In this document: positions 1 to 11,900 of the stretch, piece by piece | Layout of the letters: each line of letters begins with the position of its first letter | Numbering within the stretch: the first letter of the stretch is position 1 | Assembly (NCBI RefSeq): GCF_964204645.1 | Contig: NC_134031.1 | Coordinates: 20,901,910-20,965,909 of the forward strand | DNA: 64,000 nucleotides | Direction: 5' to 3' | DNA from: Tubulanus polymorphus | Lineage: Eukaryota > Animalia > Nemertea | Program-made: the position numbers and the translations under genes | Notes under the pieces: model-generated | What the model saw: the letters and a program-made list of their open reading frames with translations, nothing else | What the model was told of the DNA's origin: nothing | The model's database searches: none

Positions 1-113
1 TTGTTGAAAGAAATGAGTAAGCTTATGAATATATTTTCACCAAGATGATGAAATCCTGACCTTGAGTTGACACTCAGGTATATTTTGTATTTGATACGGT
101 ATTTAATTTACAG

Positions 114-3100
114 GACAGGACGTATGTACTAGTAACCGGACTCTGTGGATGAATGGTCCATTACCTCGATGTCCTGAATACATATCAACTATCATCGTTC
201 CAATACTATTGGGAATGTATATTCTATTCACCAATGTTCTGATGTTCAATTTGTTAATTGCTATATTCAGGTGAGTTGATGTTGCTAACTAATCAATTTT
301 GCAGTCTTCTCTTAAAGAAAGAGACTTCTTCCTCTAAACAGTAATCGCGATGAATAGGTATCATACTTTTTTGGAAACATGGACTATAAAGATAATATAT
401 AGAATCTCGCAACTAATGAAGAAAAAAGTCTGAAATATTTCCTGTTTGAACTTTTTATGCACTATACATATATACAAATGTATATATTTTTATAAAATGC
501 AATTTCACGGCCTCTGACACTGGATAATGGATCAACAAAAAATATAGAATTTAATCGATTCAGTCTATCAGTACCAGACGGAAGGTAGAACTCTATCTCC
601 AAAATTATTGGTCTGACCATGGATCCATTCAATCTGGCCCTGGTCACTCTGATCACTCATCTGAAGATAAATTCCCATGAATTTTTGAAATATTACGATA
701 ATTATTTCAGATTTACGGCTATCAATATCTAACATTGTCAATCTTTCAAATAACTTCAGATATTGTGATTTTTCATCACGTTTTAGTTACACGTTTAATC
801 GAATCCAAGAGAATACTGACAGATATTGGAATTTCCAACGTTATTTCCTCATCCACGAGTACCGTAATCGTCCACCGATACCGCCACCTGGTGTACTGAT
901 ATGTCATGTCTCTATCGCAGTTAAATCGCTCGTGAATTTTCTTCGCAGTTCATCGCGGGAGAAGTCAATGAAAAGTAAGTCTGTTTCAACATTAATAGAA
1001 ATCTATTTTCATATACATGTACAAATACTAGCGAAGAACCCGTCGTCCAAGGACGAGTTTTATGATCGAATTCGACTTCATTATTCTGCTTCACAGGTAT
1101 TGATGGAAGGAGGATGAGCCCTATTGTTATTGGCATATATTCAGCACCTATTCACCACTGGCAGGTCTGAGAGCAAACCATCTATTAATTCTACCTTATG
1201 TTATAGTGTCAGGCTTTAGACAATCCCGTTGGGGGTGTGGTCGTCCCACTCCACAGTGCCTTTGATTTTTTTACTATTGCTAAGGGTCTCAATCCTCTTC
1301 CAGGATATTTTTATAAAGATAATCAGCTACATTTTCACACTTGAAACATTGATAAGTAGGGGAGGTGTAGGCATCACTGGCATCTTCCGATCCAGGCAGT
1401 CCGATCCAGACTATCCTTTATATAATGGCTGGGCTGACGACATTTATAACGTATATACTGTCACCACTTTTTTCTTCTCAGTTCATCATCCATTTTGGAC
1501 ACCTTGGCGACAAGTTCTCGCAACGCAACCTGTCCAGCTTTTGCTCTAAATTTGCCTCGAAATCTCGATCATTATTAATTATTATTTTGTCATCACCCAT
1601 AAGGGTGGGTACATGTTAATGTTATAGACACTAAGTGCGTTCTTTTTATTACCTCTAGAATAGTGACAGTGACGGATAACTACAGTGTTACTGTCACATA
1701 CTTGATGTATCTCGCATACCTCACTGTTTGTAGAGTTTAATACTATACGCGGGTGACCTATAAACCCTTCATCATTATATCCAATGCTTATCACTGCTCC
1801 TTTATTACCGGTCATAGGGTTTACTGATAATAATACGTGTTTGTCACTTATAACACATGGGTATCCCCACACTGGATCAAACTTTAGTCCACAATCCTTT
1901 AGATCGATAGAACTGATAAGTTTTGCTTGAGATGTTAGATTCAGTAATCTACGGGTACGCTTGCAATAAATGAACATCCGTCCCCGTGAATCAACATCGA
2001 AACAGTTAACACAGTAATCTCCGTCCGGGAGCTGATATTTCTTCACTCGGTTCCTATCTATCAAACTGTTTTCAGAGTTTTCAAGTAAATATAAAACATG
2101 AACGTCTCCTCCTGATTCTATATAGATATTGTTACCACTGATTACTAGAGTTCCACATCCTGACAGGATTTCAGTGATATCTTCTTCTAACAATTTGTTG
2201 TAATTTCTATATTTTCTCAGGTAGTATTTCCAGTTTTTCTCCACGAGTACATACAGATATCTACCACTATCAGTATCGAGTCCTTGGACCGGACCACTGC
2301 ACCTAATGTATCTCTTCATTACATTCTTATCATCCATATAATATATATCACTAGACCTCCACTGCGCACACACTAAATGTGACTGTTGACCCACCTGCTC
2401 ACCAGGAAATGATGTCACTAGGCTTGGAGCGAAGTCTGTCTGAATCTGTTCACTGATCATCAATGAATCAATGACGTCATCTCGGCGTTTCATATGACAC
2501 GTGACATCATCAGTTGATCTCTCAACTACATCAATTCTCCCTATGAGGTCATCAGTAGACCTCTCCACTTTATCAATTCTCCCTATAACATCATCAATTG
2601 AGCTCTCCACTTTATCGATGATGTCATCAGTAGATTTTTTCATTTCATCGATTCTCGGAATGATGTATTCAGTAGATATTTCCACTTGTTCAATTCTCCC
2701 TATGAAATCACTGATAGTTTTCTCAATGACGTCATCGATAGTTTTGTTTAGTTTTACTTCCAATGCTACAAGTTGTTGTTCAGTGCAGAACTGGTTCAGC
2801 CTCTCTTCAATTTGTTGTTCAGTGCAGAACTGGTTCAGCCTCTCTTCAATTTGTTGTTCAGTACAGCATCGGTTCAGCCTCTCTTCAAGTTGTTGTTCAG
2901 TACAGCATTGGTTCAGCCTCTCTTCAAGTTGTTGTTCAGTACAGCATCGGTTCAGCCTCTCTTCAAGTTGTTGTTCAGTACAGAACCGGTTCAGCTTCTC
3001 TTCAAGTTGTTGTTCAGTACAGCATTGGTTCAGCCTCTCTTCAAGTTGTTGTTCAGTACAGAACCGGTTCAGCTTCTCTTCAAGTTGTTGTTCAGTACAG

Positions 3101-6100
3101 CATTGGTTCAGCCTCTCTTCAAGTTGTTGTTCAGTACACAACCGGTTCAGCCTCTCTTCAAGTTGTTGTTCAGTACAGCATTGGTTCAGCCTCTCTTCAA
3201 GTTGCTGTTCAGTACAGAACCGGTTCAGCCTCTCTTCAAGTTGTTGTTCAGTACAGCATTGGTTCAGTCTCTCTTCAAGTTGTTGTTCAGTACAGCATTG
3301 GTTCAGTCTCTCTTCAAGTTGTTGTTCAGTACAGCATTGGTTCAGCCTCTCTTCAAGTTGTTGTTCAGTACAGAACCGGTTCAGCTTCTCTTCAAGTTGT
3401 TGTTCAGTACAGAACCGGTTCAGCTTCTCTTCAAGTTGTTGTTCAGTACAGCATTGGTTCAGCCTCTCTTCAAGTTGTTGTTCAGTACAGCATTGGTTCA
3501 GCCTCTCTTCAAGTTGTTGTTCAGTACAGCATTGGTTCAGCCTCTCTTCAAGTTGTTGTTCAGTACAGAACCGGTTCAGCTTCTCTTCAAGTTGTTGTTC
3601 AGTACAGAACCGGTTCAGCTTCTCTTCAAGTTGTTGTTCAGTACAGCACCGGTTCAGCCTCTCTTCAAGTTGTTGTTCAGTACAGAACCGGTTCAGCATC
3701 TCTTCAAGTTGTTGTTCAGTACAGCATTGGTTCAGCCTCTCTTCAAGTTGTTGTTCAGTACACAACCGGTTCAGCCTCTCGTCAAGTTGCTGTTCAGTAC
3801 AGCACCGGTTCAGCATCTCTTCAAGTTGTTGTTCAGTACAGAACCGGTTCAGCATCTCTTCGTTTATTTCTATAGTGCGTTTCAGTTGGATGAATTTTTT
3901 TTCTAAATTATCATAACAATGGTTAACATGTTCGATCAGAGAACTATGAGGTTCATCAATGTATGATGGAACTGTTTCGGTTTCACTGATCGGTAATTCC
4001 ACATTCACTTTATACAAGTATTGTGTTTTGTGTCTGGTACCGATCACATGGAGCCCAGCACCTATTGATTGCGGTGATTGTTGAAGTCGCGATTTGTATA
4101 TTTCACACATTTCTTCATTTTCACATTTAACGATAAACACATGATTCTGGGGTTGATGATTGAATGATATTTGATAATCCGGTATCTCCACACCAGAGGG
4201 CGCTTCTCTCCATTCTAATTTCACCTGAAATATGAAAAACAATGATTAGTTTTTACTCTCACCTCGCAGTGGTCGCGCCTCTGATATCACATGCAGGTGA
4301 TGATGAAACTGAAGATGGAAGTTGTAGATTATTAATTACCTCATCAAACGGCATCATCTGCACCACTATTATTTGTTCCGTATAAATGTTTTTTAGCTTG
4401 TCTTCAATAACAGTCTCCAATTCTTCACTCCACATTGTGATTTCCAATTGTAATAAATTGCCATCAACAGTTATCCGATCGGATTCCAAATTAAACAATG
4501 GTTGATAATAAAAGTTTAGGATCTTTCTATGCTGATTATCCTGGTCAGACCACAGGTTAACGCGACGTCCTTCGAAAGAAACGGAAAGTTCAAACCTTTC
4601 GGGATTGCTAGTAGCCATTGTATACTGTTGACGCGTCCAAAGCCAGAAATGAACTCGGGTGTGTATCAGAACAGTCAGGTGATATTCCCAGGGTTAAATT
4701 CTAAAGTCGAGATTTTAGATCAAAAAAGCCAGTCCGGTTCAATTCTATTCTTTTTTTGTGTCATAATGACTGATATTTTGAATTATGGAGCCTCTTATCA
4801 GATCTCAAGACACAGTTTGTATGTTGTTATTTTTGCCTAAGTAAATAAAGACAAAGATAAGATAGATAAAAACCTTTGAAAAACTAGTTCATCTATAGCA
4901 GTAAATTACTAAAAGGCTGAAGGAACACTGATATAGTCACAGTTAACTTATCTATTCATTTCTAATAAAAAGAAGAATTTATTGGTTAATTACTATATAC
5001 CATGTTTACAGATGATAATTGCGGTAATGGTTTTAGCAACTTCTAACTTTAATCTACCGAATTGTAAAACTTATTTAGAGGGTCAAATGATGTATAATAC
5101 ATGTATATATAGATAGTGTCTTATATATATTTGAAATTCTCTGAATCCAGAAATGAAGCGTACAACAGAAGATGCCAGTGATGAATGTAAACAGTTGTTG
5201 CTCTGGGAGAATATAAACTGTGAGGAATACTTGCATCGTTTGAGACGAAATAAAAATGACAGCCTCGAAAATCGCCTCAATGAAACCATGAAAAAGTAAG
5301 GGGTTCATATACAGAACATATGCAAAAAATGCCAATTTAAACCAACAAGGCAGAAAACCCGTTGTCACAATATTTAGATTTTTGTTCTCATAATTTCAGA
5401 GTAGAACAATTATCCCAACGAATGTACAGTATCCAAGAATTTGCCCAGACCGTCAAAGTTGGTGGTGGTGGTAAGATCACTGATGTTACCGTGAATTCTG
5501 TCACACCTGCTGCAAATACTAGTCTATCGGAATTCCGGTTAGCTACAGATGCTAAGTTAGATTTGATCATTCAAACTTTGAAGAATTTAGGTAAGGGACT
5601 GTTCTCAAAGTGTCTACTAAGCAAAGCTAATAACGATTAAATCATGATCGTTCAGAACTTACTCTCCTACTGGGTTCAGTTTTTACATGCACCCTAAAAA
5701 AGATGGATTAGTATAAATATTGATTTAGCCGTATACACAGATTGTGTACAGATCTATTTCTAGCTTTCATGTGTACTTTATACATACATATTTTGACATA
5801 TCATGACTGCGTACCTGCTGCAATTTCTGAATCATCTCATAGAAAATACTGTAAAGGATCAGTTTAATCTAGATTGAATATTTATAATCCACTTCTACTA
5901 AAATGTAATCGTAATTGCGGAATATTATGAATTCTCTCGTGAAATCTCATTATCTCCGTTACTAAAGTTTCTCAGACAGGTCTGTTATTTATTCCGTGAA
6001 TTTTTTGCAGGTGATGAAAAGAGGAAACGAAAAAAAGAAAAGAAACGCCACGCCGAACAATTGGAGCAACTATCAGAAAATATATCGTCCGTCCGGTTAC

Positions 6101-6123
6101 AGGATACATCCGCTGAACAATAA
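114..6123 (+). CDS. TRPM-family (melastatin-type) TRP cation channel, 3' exons only; the 5' part lies upstream of the window
   Basis: Phase-consistent GT-AG exons 114-270, 787-974, 5151-5295, 5400-5590 and 6011-6123 (TAA). They encode the pore-loop Cys pair and S6 (CPEYISTIIVPILLGMYILFTNVLMFNLLIAIFS), the TRP helix/box (YTFNRIQENTDRYWNFQRYFLIHEYRNRPPIPPP) and the post-TRP coiled coil (LLLWENINCEEYL...SLENRLNET), all typical of TRPM. No Nudix or kinase domain occurs before the stop. Confidence 0.9.
1582..4618 (-). CDS. Uncharacterised ~973-aa protein nested antisense in a TRPM intron: unnamed N-terminal domain, 28x13-aa Cys-containing repeat, 14-aa repeats and a probable C-terminal beta-propeller (NHL/6-bladed-like)
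   Basis: Exon 1 is 4618-4340 (ATG...MMPFDE|gtaatt, phase 0) and exon 2 is 4224-1582 (tttcag|GTG AAA TTA, phase 0), joining the 119-aa and 886-aa ORFs. The C-terminal ~280 aa has propeller-like blades (GPVQGLDTDSGRYLYVL; VNCFDVDSRGRMFIYC). Confidence 0.75.
2768..3860. repeat. Coding tandem repeat, 39-bp unit x28 (EE[R/K]LN[Q/R][C/F/L]CTEQQL)
   Basis: Unit ggttcagcctctcttcaagttgttgttcagtacagcatt is visible directly; 28 units counted in the translation. Confidence 0.97.
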
Positions 6124-6490
6124 TACATCAACTGCTGTACGAAATCATACTCACTGAGTACAAGAGATTTAATAGAGCAGTTCATAAAACTGTCGATACA
6201 ATCGATTTTACAAGTGTTTTATGTATTCACTATGTATTAAAATTGTATTATCTTTTAGAGTCTATTTTTATTTCAAAATATGTATTGCAAGATACACTTT
6301 ACATATATATTTTTATGAGTTTCCTTCAGTAGCAGCTATGATTTATACATGTAATAGAGCCGTCCATTATACATAATGATTACAAATGTAGTTAATGTTG
6401 CATTGAATTGTGATAAGCATCTCTTCTATTGTAGGTTAATTTTTTATTGAGTGATTTTTTGATATACGGGTAATGTTTATATTGTCTCAT

Positions 6491-6682
6491 TTTTAGTTTA
6501 GTAGTTTTAGTAGTGTGACCTTAGTGGGTCTGAAGGAATGGCCAGGGCCTTTTTATAGGTTATTATGACTCTATTAGCAGAGCTTAGTCCATGTTTTTGT
6601 CTTGACAGCCAACGACAGGGGCAGTTTCAAAAACAGGGACCCTTTGGTTCCCAGTCCTCCACTTAACCAACTGAGCCAACCG
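6491..6682 (-). mobile_element. tRNA-derived SINE (decayed)
   Basis: The minus strand begins ggtTGGCTCAGTTGGttaagtggaggactgggaaccaaagggtccctgtttttgaaactgcc, a Pol III A-box plus a degenerate B-box in tRNA-like spacing. It ends in an (ACT/AAACT)n-like tail at 6491-6513. Confidence 0.6.
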
Positions 6683-7039
6683 CACAAGACATCCAATGTA
6701 GGTATCAAATTCAAGCCTAGAACCACCTTCAGACGTTCACCAGTGCCATGTGTCCTTTGAAAGTGTGCTGATGAAACGACTTATTATGTCTAGGAGTCAC
6801 AAACCATTTTGTTGCTTAATTTTCAATCAAATTGAGGTCCTGTACTCAAGTAATCAATCAGAAATTTTAAGAATGGTGATAAGAATAGATCAAGTAAATC
6901 TATGAAATTGTATCTCTCTAATTTGTTATTCCTTGTCTCTTGTATTCTTTGGGACGATTGTTCTATCTCAAACTTGCTGTACATGGTTGGCAGCAAACGT
7001 GATTAAAGCACTTTGGATAATGGACCTAGGGTTATCTGG

Positions 7040-7743
7040 TATCACAGGCACTCATGACTGCCAGCTAACCCTAACCCTAGGTCAGCTGACCAGTGACATC
7101 ATAGGCACTCATGGCTGCCAGCTAACCCTAACCCTAGGTCAGCTGACCAGTGACATCATAGGCACTCATGGCTGCCAGCTTACCCTAACCCTAGGTCAGC
7201 TGACCAGTGACATCAAAGGCACTCATGACTGCCAGCTAACCCTAACCCTAGGTCAGCTGACCAGTGACATCACAGGCACTCATGACTGCCAGCTAACCCT
7301 AACCCTAGGTCAGCTGACCAGTGACATCAAAGGCACTCATGACTGCCAGCTAACCCTAACCCTAGGTCAGATGACCAGTGACATCAAAGGCACTCATGAC
7401 TGCCAGCTAACCCTAACCCTAGGTCAGATGACCAGTGACATCACAGGCACCCATGACTGCCAGCTAACCCTAACCCTAGGTCAGGTGACCAGTGACATCA
7501 CAGGCACCCATGACTGCCAGCTAACCCTAACCCTAGGTCAGCTGACCCGTGGCATCACAGGCACTCATGACTGCCAGCTAACCCTAACCCTAGGTCAGGT
7601 GACCAGTGACATCATAGGCACTCATGGCTGCCAGCTAACCCTAACCCTAGGTCAGGTGACCAGTGACATCACTGCCTCTTATGACTGCCAGCTAACCCTA
7701 ACCCTAGGTCAGGTGACCAGTGACATCACTGCCTCTTATGACT
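7040..7743. repeat. 57-bp minisatellite (~12 copies) containing telomere-like ctaaccctaaccctag
   Basis: Unit ggcactcatgactgccagctaaccctaaccctaggtcagctgaccagtgacatcaca; the same family recurs at 17766-18124. Confidence 0.95.
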
Positions 7744-8924
7744 CTAATCATAACTGTTGAGAAAAGTCTAGACTTCAAAATGTTTGTCCTTTTATTTCTG
7801 TAAAATTATCAAATATATTTATGAAATTGTATCTCTTTAACTTGTTATTCGTTGTCTCTTGTTTTCTTTGGGATGATTGTTCTATCTCAAATTCTTGCTG
7901 ATGAATATGAGATCGCACAGATTAAGGTTCAAACCCAGCATGTACTTCATGCCATCATGTCTTTTATTGAAAAACTACAACATTATTTATTTCAGACCAT
8001 ATATATTACAATACAGTTAATAAAGAAACTGAGTAGAAGCCAGTGGCTCTTACAACTGAACCAAGTTCCACATCTGTGGCTAAGTAATTCCATTGAAAAA
8101 GACTCCAATTGCCTCGGTTCTTGTGGGACCGATCTATTTATTCTAGTTACATCTACACTAGTTCATTGAACCCGGGGTTTGATGTTCTCAGCGACTAGCA
8201 GCGTCTACACTTAACTCAGCTTCAGTCAGTACGAATCCACATCTGTGGTTCAAGTTCAAGGTTAATCGTGGCGTTTGAACGCTGCATTGAACACTGGTTT
8301 ACTGTTTACTCTAGAGAGAATGCAGAGTCGGATACAAACGCAGGTTTAATGCGGAGTAAACTTTTTCAAGAAGGAAAATGCATTGAACCCTTGTTTTGAG
8401 CGTAGTGTAGACAGCGTAACCAGAGTAAAAGAAGTGTAAGTGTATAATGTAGCTTCTGAGACAAGCCAAATTCTGCTTCTCCAAGACAAGCGGAGTCTAC
8501 TGAATTCGAATAATTCAACCTCACAAGAACACAGCGTTCCACCTACTAATTGGGAACTTTCTTTCATGGAATATTCTAATTACAATGTATATAAATGCAC
8601 AAACCGTAACTTGAGATTTTTTCGTCCATGATATAAATGTATATACAGTTGACCCTGCTTAATGCAGATCTTCTTCAGCCACATTTTGACATAATCCAAA
8701 CATTATCCATAATGTTGTTTAATAATCTTTTACACTGGATTAATTCAATCAATCCAAAATGATCTGGAATAAGCGGTGTCCAGTTATGTGAACACAAACA
8801 CTTCAAATGAATCGTGATTGATGCGTTTAACTAGAATTACCGCAGTAGTTTAGATATGATGTTAAACAGCTCATTAAACAGTTTTTCAAAACGAATGCCA
8901 TCACAAAACGATAAGACGATGTTA

Positions 8925-11900
8925 TCACGATGTTGATGTCGTGATTAGTCCTGTGCCTTTAAATCCTTCCTCGGGCTGTGTGGCTGAAATTCAGAGAATG
9001 ACAAAATAAGATCACAGAAATGTGCACTAGACTAGTTTCTATTCTAGCCATTTGGAATCATTTTGTGTAAGACAGCACCCAAAAACAGCAGAGATGTCTC
9101 ATCGACTATTTGGTACTTACATGTGATCACATCAGCGTATAAAAGTGCTGTTTCTGTCGGTTCATCAACCTTGAAAATACAGAAAACCAAGAAACGTTTA
9201 GTAGTCATTAGTTTGACTAACTCTTAAATTTTGTGACATTTCTTTACATCTTTACAATCACTTTTTTTCCCATGTCTAAGTGCGTAGGATAACATTAGCA
9301 GTAACTGATCACAATGTGGACGTATTAAAATAACCTTCCTTAGCTTTTAAGCACAGCTTGTGCACAGATTATGTGTTCCGCAGTATATGGCATGAAAAGG
9401 ATCGTAATATTTTGCCAGACTTTTCTTGAATTTTTCACACATTTTCATAACTTAAAGAGGTAAATTGAAAGTTGCTTGCCAACGTGTGTACTGGTGAATT
9501 GCTGTAAGAATGAAAACATACCTTCAATTTAAGAACACAATCGGGTAGAATGCCGAGATTGTGTAGAGTTGCTGATTCATCCGTTAAACGCCGGTCGTCG
9601 AGATACAGATGCTGATCGAACGGCGCGACTGAAAACAGTTTCATCAGTTGCAGTTTTAAATCTCGTAACGTTAAATTCGACGATACGATCACTTCTTTCT
9701 CGCCGCGTACTTTCCGATGTCGAGAACTACGACGAATGTTGCCGGCGGACGCATTGTTGACGTCAAGCGGCGACGAATCCGTATCCATTTTACGTCTCTT
9801 CGCCGGAATACCGAGTTGAAATTCGGCCGTGTCGTCCGGTGTTAACGTAGAATGAACGGTATGTTTATTACTGGTGTCGGTATCATTGAGAACTTTCTGG
9901 ATGAAAATGCGTTTATTCGTGAAATCTCGTTTTGAAAGTTCTTCGGCGTTTATTCGAGTTGCGATACACTCTCCGCATGTCTCTGTAACAGTGTGAAGAG
10001 AATGTCATATATTTCTGGTTAAAGCCACATTTAACATTAGACTTTATTCACTGAAGTCACAGTGATGTCATTCACAGGCATCATACGGTCCGTCAAAATA
10101 GCAGTCAATCATGAGTTTAATTCAGAAAGCTTTTGACAGAGACATAACGACATGCTGTGACATCACCTAAATAAGATCTAATAGACTGAACTCGGGGTAA
10201 TCAGTATATGGCAGTGGCACATATGCGGATGGTATCCATCTTGAATTTCTCATTCGATCCTAAAATAGGGATGTTGTCACTCTTCTGGATGTGATGAGTT
10301 GACTGTATGTCTATTAGGAGTATCCCTTCACAAACCTACCACACATGTAGGGAATGAAATAGAGGGCTTGATTCAATGGAACTGCGGATATAGTTCGATG
10401 GTTGGTCACATTTACATAATTCTTATTGGGCCAATCAAACACCCAAAGACCCACATCTTTTCTAAAACTGCTTACATTAATAGATGAAACTCACCAGGGT
10501 CTGTTACTACTGTTACAGATCCGTTATCCCGTATCGCTAACAATGAGATGGTTTTATCAACGGAAACCTGACGTTCTAGTATTTTCCATTCAGTTTCATA
10601 CAGAAAACACATTCTGTAAAATAAGAAATAACAATATAGAGACCTGAAACCAGCGAGCTTTTAAACAGGGTGAACGAAAACAGTACTTGAATCATGCAAC
10701 AATCAATCATCCAAATATAGAATAGACAAGGCAACTGAAGTGAAATAATAGAGAATCGCGACTGGAAATCTGGAAATGTTTGTGATTATAGGAAACTACA
10801 GCTTATGATACAAATTTAAAGACATTTTGAAGAGGAATTAAACAGGCTTCCAAAATTACTACGACCCACGTGGTTCCATGACAATCACGCAAGAAGATTT
10901 CCGCAAGTTTGATTATAACTTTCGGAGTTCAAAACAGTGATCTGGCACTAGTTATAACTTACTGCTGTACATTTGGCAAGTCATGGTTTGGCTGCATAGG
11001 ATCTGCTATCAGTTTAGCGTGCGAGCAGAGTAACACTTCATTTATCACAGACAAAACTGGATCGCAACGACTTGGATTCCTAAAACAGAACAGATGATAA
11101 TTTGTAAAGCATGTTGTCTAGGGTAGATGCACGTATAAACCAAATATCTAGACAAACTCCATCTACGGATGATTGTTCGGACACCTGCAGCGACTAAAGG
11201 CCTTAGTTGGCTAAAAATGATTCTTTTTTCGAGATTTCAATGATGAATCTGATGACTTACTTAAGGAACTTGCGCCACTGGTCGATGAACGATTTTGTGA
11301 CTATGTACAACTGATCAACGGAGGTGTTCAAGTTGGGTCGACCTCGATTGTGGAACAAGTCGGATAATTCAGCTTTCATTTCACCAGCTATTTGAATGTG
11401 ACACTCGCGAAGAGCAGCTTCTTCCATATCGCAATCCTGAAGATCATAAACACAATCATTGTTAAAACGACAAAACAACACAATCATACGAATATCATAC
11501 AATCATCTTATAAATGTTTTAATAGTACATTGCTCCCATAATTACAGCAAAATTCCCAAGTTTTTCCCAAGTATTTCATGGGTGATTTTTCAATTTTCCA
11601 AAACGAATAATCTATACTAACCTGACATAATTTGCAAACATTATCATTATTCGTAAATTGTGGAGCAGCTGGAAAATAAACATTTAATCGCGTCCAGACT
11701 TCCAATGAAACCAGACGACGACAGTTCGTATCTGACGTTAGATTTCCTGAAGAAGATAGAATTAGTTGTGTAATAAACAAAATTAACTGTTAGAATAAAA
11801 AAATCTCGCTATTGATGTATATCTTGAAATCTTTAATCCCCATCGATATCATATCAATAATAGTAGCTGCTTACTGTGGATACAAAGAAGATCTTCATTA

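Noticed and set aside
2501-3916. Three long + strand ORFs (471, 370 and 377 aa)
   Set aside because: They are antisense shadows of the 39-bp coding repeat, whose unit lacks stops in those frames; they end where the repeat ends.
4225-4262. 38-bp intron joining the 119-aa and 886-aa ORFs
   Set aside because: A phase 2 donor against a phase 0 acceptor gives an immediate TGA; the donor at 4339 is in phase.
6933-7760. 275-aa ORF of 19-aa repeats (and the 165-aa ORF at 17670-18167)
   Set aside because: Translation of a 57-bp minisatellite (length divisible by 3); non-ATG starts, and no splice context or unique domain.
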